Source of the DNA: Malacoraja senta
Lineage: Eukaryota
Direction: 5' to 3'
Length of the DNA stretch: 64,000 nt
Assembly (NCBI GenBank): GCA_038087875.1
Contig: CM075990.1
Span: 4,838,001 to 4,902,000, forward strand
The notes below the pieces were generated by a model. The model did no database searches. It was not told where the DNA came from and saw only the letters and a list, made by a program, of their open reading frames with translations. The number at the start of each line of letters is the position of its first letter. The stretch's first letter is position 1. A program made the position numbers and the translations under genes. Positions 1 to 13,574 of this stretch are shown here, in pieces.

Positions 1-521
1 CACTGCCTCAATAAGGCAGCCAGTATCAAAGGCGCAAACCACCCTGGCCATGTTCTCATTTTACTCCTACCATCGGGAAGATAAGAGTTTGAAAACCGTG
101 ACCACCAGGTTCAAGAATTGCTTCTTCCCAACAACCATCAGGTTCTTGAACACTACACAGTGCTAACCTCAGCTATGAACAATGGACCGTCTTTTGTTGC
201 ACCAAGGACGTTGGTTTTTCTTGCATTATTCAATTTCAATTCAACTTTAATGTCATTGCACAAATACTGAGTATGGGTACAACGAAATGCAGTTTTGCGT
301 CAGTCCGTAGTATTGAGTATTAGTATTGAGATTATTAATTTATTGAATTTCTGTTCATAATGCAGTAAATTGGAATACAGGACTACGCCCTAGCTTATGG
401 GAGGTCTGTGCAGTGGTCTGATAACAGCAGCGAAGAAGCTGCTGCTGAATCTGGTGGTTTGTGCTTTACCTGATTATAGTGCAAGACTTTTCAATGAGAA
501 ACAACTACAACTGAAACTACT

Positions 522-675
522 GTTTAAGAAGGAACTGCAGATGCTGGAAAATTGAAGGTAGACAAAAATGCTGGAGAAACTCAGCGGGTGAAGAAGGGTC
601 TCGACCTAAAACGTCGCCTATTTCCTTCGCTCCATAGATGCTGCCTCACCCGCTGAGTTTCTCCAGCATTTTTCT
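522..675. mobile_element. Fold-back mini-insertion made of Penelope-tail sequence, with 17-bp target duplication
   Basis: Inverted arms (aaaaatgctggagaaactcagcgggtg / cacccgctgagtttctccagcattttt); ctacaactgaaactact at 505-521 and 676-692; same sequence as the tail of the Penelope at ~16280-16375. Confidence 0.75.
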
Positions 676-2829
676 CTACAACTGAAACTACTATTATGTC
701 CAAATAATGACGCTGGAGTTTAAACTCCACACACAAAATCCACACATTAAGCTCCATAGATGCTGCTGCACCCGCTGAGTTTGTCCAGCATTTTTGTGTA
801 CCTTAAACTCCACACAACCCTGTTTCCATCTGAAAACATCTAATCTGCCAGCATATATCTCTAATCTATTTTCTCTCATGTATATTTCTACTGCCCTTTA
901 AATGTATCTAAAATAATCACCTCAACCAGTCACATGGCAGGAAGGTCCACATTTCTGCGATTTCTTCATGGAATTTGTGACTTTTACATGTATAGATCTG
1001 GGCCCCATGAGGAAAATCAGATTTAAAACCACCTTATTGAACACCTTCATAGTTTTACAATCTGCTAATTGGGTGAACCAACAGTCTTCTCTTCTCCATA
1101 GAAAGAAATCCATCCGTTTTAGGCTTAGGTACAACTAAGTATTACATTCTTGATGTAGTAAAGTAAGTGATAGCAGACAATTTTTCTCATCGACAATTGG
1201 AAATCTTTGTTTGATCTAAATACTGTAAAAACCTCTCAACCTCTCCCCACCCCACCCAAGCATTTAACTGCAAAAATACACAGTTTCTCAACAAAGGGAG
1301 TAGGTGGCATGACACAATCAGTAAATAACACAAGATCCCTTCCAGCTGGAAGGTAAAAGTTTATTTTTAAGACATGCTCAGCAAATTAGTTGGATTTTGC
1401 CCTCATCCACAATCTCCATTAGATTTAGAAGTTAATATTGTACAAAACAATCACTAACAACATGTTTAAATCCTTGTAAATAAAGGAACAGATATCCTTC
1501 ACAATCTGCTCAAGGAGGAAAGCATTTTATTTTATACATTTTAAAATGCAGATGATTCATTAGATTGTGTCTATTCATTATTTTGCATAGCCCAAATAAG
1601 AACCACAATGTGAAAATTCAGCACTAAATGCCAGCATTCTTGTGTACATCATGAATGGTGAAAATCTCATGTATAAACCATGCATCAGAAGGTTTTAGTT
1701 GAGATTTTAGATTAGTGGAACAATAAACCTCCAACATTTAATGTTCCACTCTGTTATCAGGCTAGGATACTGTCCAATTCACCTCTACCCCACTGCAGAC
1801 ATTGGACTTTGTCTCTGGAACTGGTGCGCCACAATGCTGAGAATTATATTCTGCACTCTTTATCTTTCACTTTGCTCTATCTATTGTACTTGAGTTTGGC
1901 TTGACTGCATTTATGTATGGTATAATCTGATTTTATTGGATAGAAGGCAAAACAAAGCTTTTCACTATACCTCAATACATGTAACAATAAACCTAAACCT
2001 AATGTACAGCCAAATATATCTACTGAGATAATCCAAGTCCTGGAATTTACAGCCAGTGGCAATGTTCACCAAAGCCCTCAAAGAAAGCAGCATACAAAGA
2101 TCTGTTAATCTGTAATGCCCCTCCTTTCCCCAAATCAGCTTCCACTGATCAACCAAACGGGATTGATTGCACTCAGTAACATTTGATATCATCCGACCAG
2201 AAACATTACCCATCCGTTTTCTCCAGAGATGCTGCCTGACCAGCTGAGTTACTCCAGCACTTTGTGTCTATCTTTGATATCATCAAGCAGGTTGAGCAAC
2301 AATACAGAATTTTAAAAGACCACGGAATTTGGAATGTTATCATAAGAGAGGGAGGCTATTCGGCCCATCAAGTCTACTCCACCATTCAATCATGGCTGAT
2401 CTATATCTTCCTTCTAACCCCATTCTCCTGCCTTCTACCCATAACCTCTGACACCCATTATTGAGCAAAGTAAACCACAATATTGTGGTCAAGGAAATGT
2501 TCAGAAAGACTTATGAATAAGGGCAGCATTGTTTCACTCATTCAAACTTGGCGTGTAATACTTTGTAACCTTGTCAGCACCCTTTACATGGTGACTATTT
2601 GCCTACCTTGGGTATGTAAGCAAAGAATTTCATTGTGACTTGTCGCATGTGACAATAAAATATTCAATTCAATTCAGAAATAACTATTTAAAAAAAAGAC
2701 TTTAGCAGGAAGAATAAGTTGATGTTCTGGGATTTCAAAAAACAGGTTTCCATTTACAAGGATCTTAACAACACATCTTGGACAGGAGCAGACTAATACT
2801 GTAAGCAGCGTCTGAATGTTCACAATTAA

Positions 2830-4680
2830 CCTTACACATCCATAATGAAGAGTTTGCTCTCAGTTTCCGTGTAGAGACAATAATTTCACGTCATAACCAC
2901 CAACAGTTTGTGCTATTATCTTTGAATAGAGACCGGCCGTCATTTCCAGTTGCGTCTGAGATTTATATCGATCAAAAAGGAAATCAGGTCTGTTTAGTTT
3001 CACATTTGTTACTAAATTTCCTTCATCTTACTTGGCACCAATTCAAAGAAATAATGATCACATTTCATGTGCCAAATGAAATTTCAAGATTAGTATTTAA
3101 TTTTTTACCCCAATATGCTGTTCATAACAAAAATCTACCCATCATGTGAAACCTCATAAATAGCAGATATAAATTAGATAACTTCACGGAAAGTCAAAAA
3201 CTTTTTTCATAATAGACAAAATTTCATCCATTTCCCACAATTTTGGACATCAAAAGTGTTTCATTAAAAACTCTGATACCTTTACTCATGAATATTTAAT
3301 TCATAAATAAACTTCATCTGGCACCGCATACATATACGTTTTGATAATGGTCTATGGAAATATCTTCAACTATACTAGGAAAAAAATAGTAACATAAAGG
3401 TAATACAGAACAGTAAAGATCCCGTAACGGTCGTTGTGCTTGGTGTCCATTGTCACAACGACCGTTATCGGGGTCGGTACATCCGTAAAGGGCCTGTCCC
3501 ACTGTACGAGTGCATTCAAGAGCTCTCCCAAGTTAAAAAAAAAATCAAACTCGTGGTAAGCACGTAGAATGTACGTAGCGGGTACGTCGGAGCTCGGGAC
3601 GTCTCTTAGTGTCTCTTAACGCTAACGGCTGGTACTCGGGAAACGCGGTAAGCTCGTGAAGACTCGTGAAGATTTTTCGACATGTTGAAAAATGTCCACG
3701 AGAGCCCCGAGTACCTACGAGCGGCTATTACCGTAATTCTCCAAGTTCGAATCCGGGGAAACTCGGGAGAACTCTTGAATTACCTCGTACAGTGGGACAG
3801 GCCCTTAAGTTAAAACACGGAGGTTCCAAACCTCTGATGCTTTTCAAACACCCCGAGGTATCCTCTGGTACAGGCGATCTTTGGGTAAGTTCATTATTTT
3901 TTCTTATTTTCCAATTTAATATATCGAAAACATCAAAAATGCAACGACTGTTTACGATATATTTTCCAACTTTTTAAAATCACGTAAAAATAATTTTGGA
4001 CATAAATCGGTTATCAAAACTAAGAAACTGAGCCAATCTTCAATTTGGCAACACACTGTCTTTTGTTTACCTGTCGTACGGACCAAGTCGCTAACTTCAT
4101 TCCTTCGTGTCAACCGCTGGAAGCTCCGCAACGACCGTTACAGAGACATTTTACTTACAAAAAAAATCTGCCCAAATCAAACGATCTGACGAATCATCAG
4201 TCATCGATAGCTCAAATAGATACGGTAATATACCGTTTTGATCGCATTGGTGAAATGCTTGGTTCTCACTAATAATGTAACGTTCGTTTTCTGGGACACC
4301 AAATCTTTTAGGCATCGTTTACACCGCAACGAACGTTTGTGTAACGCACGTTGCGGTGTCCACTCAGATGGATGTAGTATTCTACTAAATGATCAGGTGA
4401 ATGAAGTGGAAACGGTGTTTGCAATTTTATTGTTCCATGTGGTATTCATAAACATAGAAAGGAATAAGAAATATGTGTACTTACTGTGCCAATCAGGTGG
4501 ACACCACGCAACAACCGTTACACAAAATGTATTTGTATATTCTAATGCCATTTTCAGAAACTTGCCATCAAAATGCTATATTTTCTTATATTTGTTGTTG
4601 ATACTATGTTAGTCATGAACCCAATAAAGTGCTTGTCAACGTTTTTGAAGGAATTTGAAATTTGACCCCATTTGTCACAT
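2830..4680. mobile_element. Probable non-autonomous DNA-transposon relic with repeated GCAACGACCGTTA-type motifs (family not assigned, limits uncertain)
   Basis: AT-rich yet CpG-retaining block; motif at 3425-3438/3454-3467 (inverted pair), 3941, 4128, 4508; 11-bp inverted pair 4321-4331/4349-4359. Confidence 0.4.
3489..3805. mobile_element. PIF/Harbinger-type MITE
   Basis: Perfect 22-bp TIR AGGGCCTGTCCCACTGTACGAG; TAA duplication at 3486-3488 and 3806-3808. Confidence 0.85.
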
Positions 4681-5627
4681 TTTTGTGTGCAGTATTGTAA
4701 AAAGACACATATATTAATAGTCACAGAGCACTAAAACAGACCCTTCGGCCCAACTCGATTTAGTGCATTTCGTCGTTGCCAGTATAGCATTCTACAACTG
4801 TGCCATCAAGCCAATAGTAAATTCCCAGAATAGAGCTGTCAAACATTGTGAATCTACCAAAACTTTGCTTCCATCCTGATGGGCCAATTTCCTTTCACAA
4901 CTTTACATAAGGTTCATAGCTGACTGGTTTCTGGGAAATAAAGAGCAACTACCAGGCATACTGAAGATCAATTGGTTCTATCCATGCAACCCCAGCCAAA
5001 TTAGATTCAATGCACTTGTACTTTAGACAATATTCCTGAAGAAACCTTCATTTGAAATTTATGCATTCAAAAAAGTCAAGCAAGCTGTCCAATGATGCAT
5101 AGATTTTCACTGACCAATCATGGGTTTTATGTCATTTTCAATGGATGACAGCCGCAAGCACTCTCTGAATTCTAAAATGTTAAATGCAAAGCAGTACACA
5201 GAAACATTAGTCAGACTTTTTTTTAAACATGGTGTAAATGTCAAATACTAGAGAGCACATGTTTGAGGTGAGGGAGAAGCAAGTTTACATATGCACGCAC
5301 AGTGGTGGATGCCGGGATGATGCTGCCAGGGTTGGTGGTCGAAACAGCTGCAACAGCAACAATTTAATAATACGTAGACAGGCACCTGAACAAGCTGGGA
5401 ATAGAGGGATATGGACCACATGCAAGCACTAGATTAGTTTAAATCAGCATCATGATCAGCGCAAACATGGTGGGCCAGAGGCCCCGTTCAACTGCTGTAC
5501 TTTGCTATGTTTCGATGTAGATGCATCAGGAAAACTGTAAAATTGGTATTTCAGATTCTTTAATAATTGTTAATGATTCACGATCAAAGACATGATCTGA
5601 GCTATGAGCTGTGGAGGGTGAAAACTA

Positions 5628-5697
5628 CAGAGGAGCTAAAGTTCATTTGTTTTCCAAATACAAGACTTTGGAAAACAAATGAACTTTAGCCCCTCTG
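5628..5697. repeat. Near-perfect 31-bp inverted repeat with 8-nt loop
   Basis: Arms 5628-5658 and 5667-5697, one mismatch. Confidence 0.9.
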
Positions 5698-8084
5698 CAG
5701 TTAACATTTACTTGACAACACCTTAGGTGCTTGGATCATTACAATAGGAATTGAAAACACTCCTATATTCAAAAGTTAAATAGCTGGTTGGTGATACCCG
5801 GCATTTCAAGTCAGTTGATTGAAGATATTGCGTGGAAAAGGCAGCATAAAAACATGCCACTTGTCCCAAAGCCACCCATATAATGATTATGTATCAAGAG
5901 GAGCCCATGAATGAAATGGCACCAGATTAAAAGCTGTGAGAACTTCTACAGGGTTGCATTGCTGCAGCTCCTATGAAAGTACTTCTAATACAGTTGATTG
6001 AATTGATTGATTCATGCTCTCTTTCTAATTGCCCAGCAGATAACTTTATCAATAGCTTATCCCCATGGCAACCTTGGTGTCTCTCAATCATAAAAATCCC
6101 ACCTGTCCCTCTTCCACTCTCTTGAAACAAACCTGTTTTCCCTTCCTATTTTAATGAAATTTATTTGACCTAGTACAGTAAGGTTTACAAGCTCTCTACA
6201 AGACTGATTGGGTTTCTCTACATACTCCAGATTTTCCTACTTCCCAGAGCTGTGCTGGTAGGTAGATTAGTGGATGTGGGCAAGCTTTTGGAGAATCTGG
6301 GACAAGCTGTTGAGCATCTGTGAGAGAATTAGTTACAGGAAAATATGTGGGGAAATTGGATTTTGACAGGACAGCTCTGAGAGCCAGCAGAGTGTTAAGG
6401 GGTCTCTCTGTGTGACTTGAGGAAACACAAATCTTTCCTGCATTCTCTATTTTTATGTCAGATTTCTGGAGTATTTGGGGTTTTATTCCACATGCAAATA
6501 TGATAATAGTGTGCACTGTAGATCTTAGACAAGACTTACAGTCTCCTTATTAAGGAGCTAGGAGATGGCGTTGTGCACAAATTGGCTGCCACCTTTCCCT
6601 GTATAACAGTGATTGCCACTAATGAAGATTTTTTTTAAAGAAAAGGGGTTTATGATGTCCAACGCATGTGAAATATGTTATGTAAGGCAAGTTGTTTCCT
6701 TCTGCCTAACCAGGTTCCTGGCAATCTGCCACAGACATGAGCAATGGAAATGTCTCAGCAACTGATATTCCACGTGTGTTGTATAATATTTCCATTAAAT
6801 CAGCAGAGCTCAATTGTCCTGTTATGATTATTACAGGTTATGTGAGGTACCATAAGACGTAGGAGCAGAATTAGGCCTTTCGGCCCATCGTAACTACTCT
6901 GCCATTCAATCATGGCCAATCTATTTTTCTCTCTCAACCCCATTCTCTTGCTTTCTCCCCCTAACCTTGACTTCCTTACTAATCAAGAACCTATCGATCT
7001 CCACTTTAAAAATACCCAATGTCTTGGTCTCCACATCCGTCTGTGGCAATAAATTCCACAGCATCATCATCCTCTGACTAAAGAAATTCTTGCTCATTTC
7101 CATTCCCATGAAAAAAGCCACATAATAAAACCCGCTGAACAGAAAAATCAAAAGGCAAGTCAGTTCATAAGGTTGTGTATGTTTATACTAAATACAATTA
7201 ACAGGGATCTTGCATTTTAATACAAAACAAAACCCACTGTGAGATAATATTCTCCTAAAGGATTATTTACTCAGTGATATTGTCATCATCATCTATCACT
7301 TTTCCATAGAAGAATACACTCTCCACCCTTTCTGGGCTGTAACATTCTAATCCTAATCCTAGAAAGGGAGAAGGCAGGAACGGGATACTGATTGTGGATG
7401 ATCAGCCATGATCACAGTGAATGGCTCAAATGGCCTACTCCTGCACCTATTGTCTAAAGGAATAAAGCAGGTTCAACTAGTCTGCTGGGAGTACAATTCA
7501 GTTGCTTACACACACAGAAGCTCTGTGGGAGAGGGATCATTTGCAAGGGAGTGGGCCTGGTGAGTGGTTGAGGACAGAGCCCCAAGGACAATTTAAACAT
7601 AGGATGCATCTGACAGAACTTGGAACCGTGGACTTGTCAGCTGATGGCTCAAGCATGTTGATTAGCTGAGTTCTAGCACCAGACTGGCTAATAATAGTAT
7701 GCAAGATATTGTATGAGACAAGTTTTGTTCGAGATATTTTCCTCCTCTTTGATTTCTCTCCCTATAGATTATACAAGCATATTTCGGGATTTTACTTTCA
7801 AGGTACAGGCCATTACACACAGATCCTTTCTCATCTATCACTATACATTAACAATGGTGACAATTACATCACAGAGAAAATGAACATGGAACAGGTGGGT
7901 CAAACTCCTAAACCAGTTTATGTCCAAGTTAATGTGAGATACAGGTTACTTCAACCCCCACTTCACATTAACCTATCAACAAATATAACTTGTTTTCTGC
8001 CTTGTCAAGCACCATCTACAATTTTGTTCTTCACTACTTAACATAGAGTGCAGTAGGATGGCTGGACTATAACATTTGAGGAAC

Positions 8085-8560
8085 TTAATAAACACAACCT
8101 TTATTTCTGAGAGCCCCCTCGTCCAACACCAATGCTTTTCTAATTTCTTTCTGAAGATTCTTTTTACATTCTTTATACTCCTCAAGCACCTCATTTACTC
8201 CATGCTGCCTATATTTATTGTAGATATCTCTCTTTTTCCAAACCAAGTGTCCAATTTCCCTTGAAAACCATGGCCCTTTCCAATTATTACTCTTTCCTTT
8301 CAACCAAACAGGGACATAAAGATTCTGTACTCTTAAAATTTTACCTTTAAATGTCCTCCATTTTTCTACTACATCCTTCCCATGAAACAAAATGTCCCAA
8401 TTCACTCCTTGTAAATCCTTTCGCATCTCCTCAAAGTTAGCCTTTCTCCAATCAAAAATCTCAACCCTTGGTCCAGTTCTGGCCTTCACCATAATTATAT
8501 TGAAACTAATGACATTGTGATCACTGGACCCGAAGTGCTCCCCAACACATACCTCCGCCA
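8085..8560 (-). mobile_element. CR1 LINE ORF2 fragment (endonuclease end and linker)
   Basis: Translation HFGSSDHNVISF...FDWRKANFEEMR...PWFSREI, homologous to the ORF2 at 36150-39449. Confidence 0.85.
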
Positions 8561-9450
8561 TTTCCTCACAGGAGGTCCAGCACTGCCTGCCACCTCCCTT
8601 TCAACCCCCCCCCCCCCCAAATCACTCACCTGGGCCCCCACCCATCACCTGCCCCTCCATTCCACACCTGGCACTTTCCCTCCCCCTCCATTCATCCCGT
8701 GGCCCCCACCATTCACCCCCCCCCCCCACCTGTCACCTCCCCTTCCACACACCCCTCAATTGTCACCATCTCTGGCCCCCCTTATTCTTCACCTGCCTCC
8801 TTCCCCTACCTCCTTCACCCAGCCCCTCTCCACTCCTCACCCGGCTCTACCCACCTTCCCCAGAGCAGCCACACCCCCCCCCCCCCCCCTCCGCCATCTT
8901 TGAACCCCCGCCGCCATCTTTGAACCCTCCACCCGCTCCCTGCGTCCATGTCCGCAGGTTCCCCGCGCCCGGTGACAATGCGGCTCCCACCGCGGCCACT
9001 CACTCACCCGCCCAGACCCAGCCCAGCCCCGCGACCACTCACTCACTCACTCACCGTCCCGCCCGCCCGGCGCCGCTTCACCTTCAGCCGCCCGCCCGCC
9101 GGCACCAAGTCCCGCGAGACCCGGGGGCCACTCCGGACCCACCCACCCTGCGGAGCCAGCGGGGGTGCTGGTCTACTCACTGTAATCAATGGAGATTCAA
9201 CCTCCTTACAATTAACAGGAAATCAGAATGTTATTACATTAGTATTATATCCAGTATTTTACAACTAATAACCACGTTAATATCAGTACAAGTGTCTACT
9301 ATAATTTTTATTCTGTTGATAAAGGATGACAAAACCCCCCTATTATTCCGGAATGGTTTGGTCCTCAATCCATTCGCATTGATGACGTCGCTCCCGTTGG
9401 TCCTCCTAGTCTGCCGCCCCCCAGCGTCCGGGCGGTCACACTGCATGATG
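8560..9450 (-). promoter_or_regulatory. CpG-island promoter and probable non-coding first exon of a leftward-transcribed gene (unidentified)
   Basis: CpG-rich 8890-9170 and 9385-9435; tandem CCGCCATCTT (YY1-type) at 8891 and 8911; GC boxes and TGACGTC near 9383; minus-strand donor ACG|GTGAGT at 9055/9054; strong C skew on + strand 8580-8890. Confidence 0.65.
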
Positions 9451-9824
9451 CCTCTGTTCGGTCCGCAGTGTTTGATCCTGAGCCTGCAGTCTAGGTTTAC
9501 AATCAGCTGTGTAGAATGAAAGGGACTGCAGATGCTGGTTTACACCGAAGATAGACACAAAGTGCTGGACACAACGGGACAGGCAGCATCTCTGAGAGAA
9601 GGAATGGGTGACGTTTCAGGTCGAGACCCTTCTCCAGATTGAGAGTCAGGGAGACATAGAGATGTGAAAATGAGATATCAAAGGGGACGAAGTTCAAGGA
9701 AAATGTAGTATAGATCATAGTTCGCTGAGGTGAAGGTGACAACGAGGCTTACAATCAGTAAAATGTAATCAGGAGGACAGTTAAACTAGTCGGAGAACTA
9801 GGATGGGGGAGGGACAGAGAGTCA

Positions 9825-10515
9825 AGTCACGTCAAGTCAAGTTTTTTCCGTCACATACACATACGAGATGTGCAGTGAAATGAAAAGTGTCAATGCTCGC
9901 GGATTGTGCAAAAAAACAAACAAACAAACTACAAACAGAATGGAACAGAATCACATATTCACATATTACATATTTGTGGGAGGGAAGAAAAAGGAAAAAA
10001 ACAGCAATTTAAAAAAGACACCACACAACAGTAGAATGGTACAGTAAAGTTAGTCCCTGGAGAGATAGGAGTTTACAGTCCTAATGGCCTCTGGGAAGAA
10101 ACTCCTTCTCATCCTCTCTGTTCTCACAGCATGGCAACGGAGGCGTTTGCCTGACCGTAGCAGCTGGAAGAGTCCGTTGCTGGGATGGAAGGGGTTTCCC
10201 ATGATCTTATTGGCTCTGGAGTTGCACCTCCTGATGTATAGTTCCTGCAGGGGGGCGAGTGTAGTTCCCATAGTGCGTTCGGCCAAACGCACTACTCTCT
10301 GCAGAGCCTTCTTGTCCTGGGCAGAGCAGTTCTCAAACCAAATTGTGATATTTCCGGACAAGATGCTTTCCACAGCCGCTGAGTAGAAGCACTGGAGGAT
10401 CCTCAAAGACACTCTGAATCTCCTCAATTGCATGAGGTGGTAAAGGCCTTACTCACGAGTGCTGCAGCGTGTGATGTCCATGTCATATCCTCAGAGATGT
10501 GGACTCCTAGGTATT
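9825..10515 (-). mobile_element. Rex1/Babar-like LINE 3' fragment
   Basis: Translation LRRFRVSLRILQCFYSAAVESILSGNITIWF...RMRRSFFPEAIR; (ttgac)n tail near 9825-9845. Confidence 0.75.
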
Positions 10516-10529
10516 TTCCCTCACTCCAA

Positions 10530-11100
10530 GAGTGAGGGAAAACAAGGGTTACTTGCAGTTGGAATAGACAATATTCATACCGCTGGGATGTAAGCTGCCC
10601 AAGTGAAATATGAGGGTCTCTTCCTCCAATTTTCTTTGGGCCTCACACTGACAGTGGAGGATGCCCAGGACAGAAAGGTCAGTATGGGAATGGGAGGGGA
10701 GTTAAAGTGTTTAGCAACCAGGAGATCATGTAGGTCTAGGGGGACTAAGCGGAGGTGTTCAACAAAATGGTCGTGGAGCTTGCGCTTGATCTCGCCGATA
10801 TATAGGAGTCCACACCTGGAACAGTGGATACAGTAGTTGAGGTTGGAGGAGGTGCAAGTGAACTTCTGCCTCACCTGAAAAGATTGTTGAGGTTCTTGGA
10901 TGGAGGAGGTATCAGGACAGGTGTTGCATCTCCTGTGGTTGCAGGGGAAAGTACCTGGGGAGGGGTGGTTTAGATGGGAAGGGATGAGTTAACCAGGGAG
11001 TTGCAGAGGGAACAGTCTCTATGGAAAGGGATGGAGATGGCTGTTGGTGGGATCCTGTTGGAGATGGCGAAAATGTTGGAGGATTATGTGTGGTATGCGA
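10530..11100 (-). mobile_element. Penelope-like element fragment (GIY-YIG region)
   Basis: Translation FTCTSSNLNYCIHCSRCGLLYIGEIKRKL..F.EH; parallels 15840-16130. Confidence 0.85.
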
Positions 11101-13574
11101 CTTGTAAACCTACTGACTCCCACAGCTATCGAGCTCACTGTCTCCATCACAGGAGATCGACTGATATCTCTTAAAAACCTACTCACTCCCACAGCTATCT
11201 AGGTTGCATACAGCACAGACAGACTGTGTCTCAACAAGGGGGAAAAGTTTGCAGTGAAAGAGAAGGTAGGGATTAGCAGAACAGAGAAAATATCTCGGAC
11301 ATGGTGAGACAAAATGAGTACATGTGGCAGTTAGCATCAGATTATTCTGCTTTGACTTTGTCATGTATTGGGAGCAAAATCCCACCCTAAACGGAAGAAG
11401 AAGTATACCATTTTACAAACAATTGATAATGATGAGGCAAATTTCCATTCTGCAGTTTTGTCAATCATAGTCATTTTGAGAGAAATTCATCCCTAACATA
11501 TGAGAGGTCATTTCAAGAGTCTGATAACAGCAGGGGAAAAGTTGTTCTTGATTGGATGCATTGGGCAGGCACATGAGAGATGAGATTTACACGGAGAAAT
11601 GAAAACTGTCACAATTTGGGAAGAAAAATGAGGAGACCTAATAAAGTTTAAAGAGCAATTTTTTTTAATTCAGTAGCAGAGATCTGGAGATAGAGATAGG
11701 TAGACAAAATGCTGGAGAAACTCAGCGGTGAGGCAGCATTTCTCCAGCATTTTTGTAATGCTGCCTCACCCGCTGAGTTTCTCCAGCATTTTTGCTACCT
11801 TCGATTTTCCAGCATCTGCATTTGGAGATAGAGATAAATAAGATGGAAAGTAGCAGGGCCGGTTTTGTTGCATTTTAAAAGCTACAACATTTTTATTGTA
11901 AAATGCGGCTGCCATTTATTACAGACAGTTTTATTGCACTATTTTTGTTCAAGTCACAGATATAATTGAGAGGAGATTTTACTACACTGGTGTTGCTTTC
12001 TTTGATCAAAGGAGATGGTTGAGAGATTTAATTGAACAGGAAGGAATTTAGCAGGAGGAATGGTAACCGGGATATATATAGTTAAAATAATCGGTGTAAA
12101 GTTTACACGAGGATTGAGGCACAATTTCCCCAAGTAGCCTTTGTCCAACCATCCGACTATTAAATACCCTCCCCACCTGTGTCCGCCTATTATCTGCCAG
12201 GCTTTGGCCTGTCAGCCGTGTTTCATTTGGATGAGATGACAAACATCTACTGGCTTGTTGCCTCTGCAGGTGCCCGCTTGAACTACGATCTCTTATCCAG
12301 TTCTTTCAGCTTTCCCCTCTCCCCTCTCTTCCAGCTTTCTTCTCCCCTCACTCCTACAATCAGTCTGAAGGAGGGTCCCGACCTGAAACGTCACATATCC
12401 ATGTTCCCCAGAGATGCTGCCGGACCTGCTGCGTTACTCCAGCACTTTATCTCTTTAGTAAACCAGCATCTGCAGTTCCTTGTTTCTTCAAACTGGACAA
12501 TGTGGCTTCCCCTTTCTAGATGCTCTTCCGAGTGTGTTTCAATATGACCGAGGTTTCTGCTTCTGCCGCCCATTCAGGCATGAGTTCCAGGCTCCAACTG
12601 CCCATTGAGTGAAAATGTATGCCCTCAATCCTCCTGTAAACTTTATACCAATTAATTTAAATATATATATCCTGGTTATTATTTCTTCTGCTGTTCCTCC
12701 TGGAAATGCTACATATGCAAAGGAATAATTGTTGTTAATAACTGTTGTTTAAAAAGGACCTAAAGTTGTGAAAGGAATTTTTTTTAACCCTTCCTTTCAA
12801 TGTTTTAATCTCACTCCTATCAGGTAAAAAGATGTAGTTTATTTAAAGACACAACATGGGAACGTTGTTCAATGGTCCTTCGGTCCTTCAGCCCACCGAG
12901 TCCACGCCAACTATTGATCATCCGCTCTCACTAGTTCTGTTATCTCACTTGCACATCCACTGCCTACACACCAGGGACAATTGACAGAATCCAATTAACC
13001 TACAAACCCATACGTCTTTGGGATGTGGGAGGAAATCGGAGCACCTGGAGGAAACCCAGACATGTCACGGGGAGAACGTACAAACTTTATACAGAGATAG
13101 ACACAAAATGCTGGAGTAACTCAGCGGGACAGGCAGCATCTCTGGAGAGAAGGAATTCCTTCTCTCCAAGATGATGCCTGTCCCACTGAGTTACTCCAGC
13201 ATTTTGTGTCTATCTTCGGTTTAAACCAGCATCTGCAGTTCCTTCTTACACAAACTCCATACAGAGAGTACCAGGGGTCAGGATCAAACCTGGATCTCTG
13301 GCGCTGTGAGGCAGCAGCTCTACCAGCTGCGTCACTGTACCACCCTGATCTCTCCATGGCATTTGCATGGGATATGCAAACTCCCAGCCTAACTTTCATC
13401 AGAATGTGTTCAATTTAGCAGGCAGGGGGCAACAGCTAGAATGTAGAAACAAAGAACTGCAATGCTGATTTATACCAAAGATAGACACAAATTGTTGCAG
13501 TATCTCAACGGGTCAGGCAATCTCCCTGGAGAAAAAGGAGAGGTGACGTTTCGGGTTGGGACCCTCCTTCAGAC

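Noticed and set aside
8517..9519. Pro-rich ORFs over the CpG island
   Set aside because: Expected from C-rich low complexity; no domain recognised
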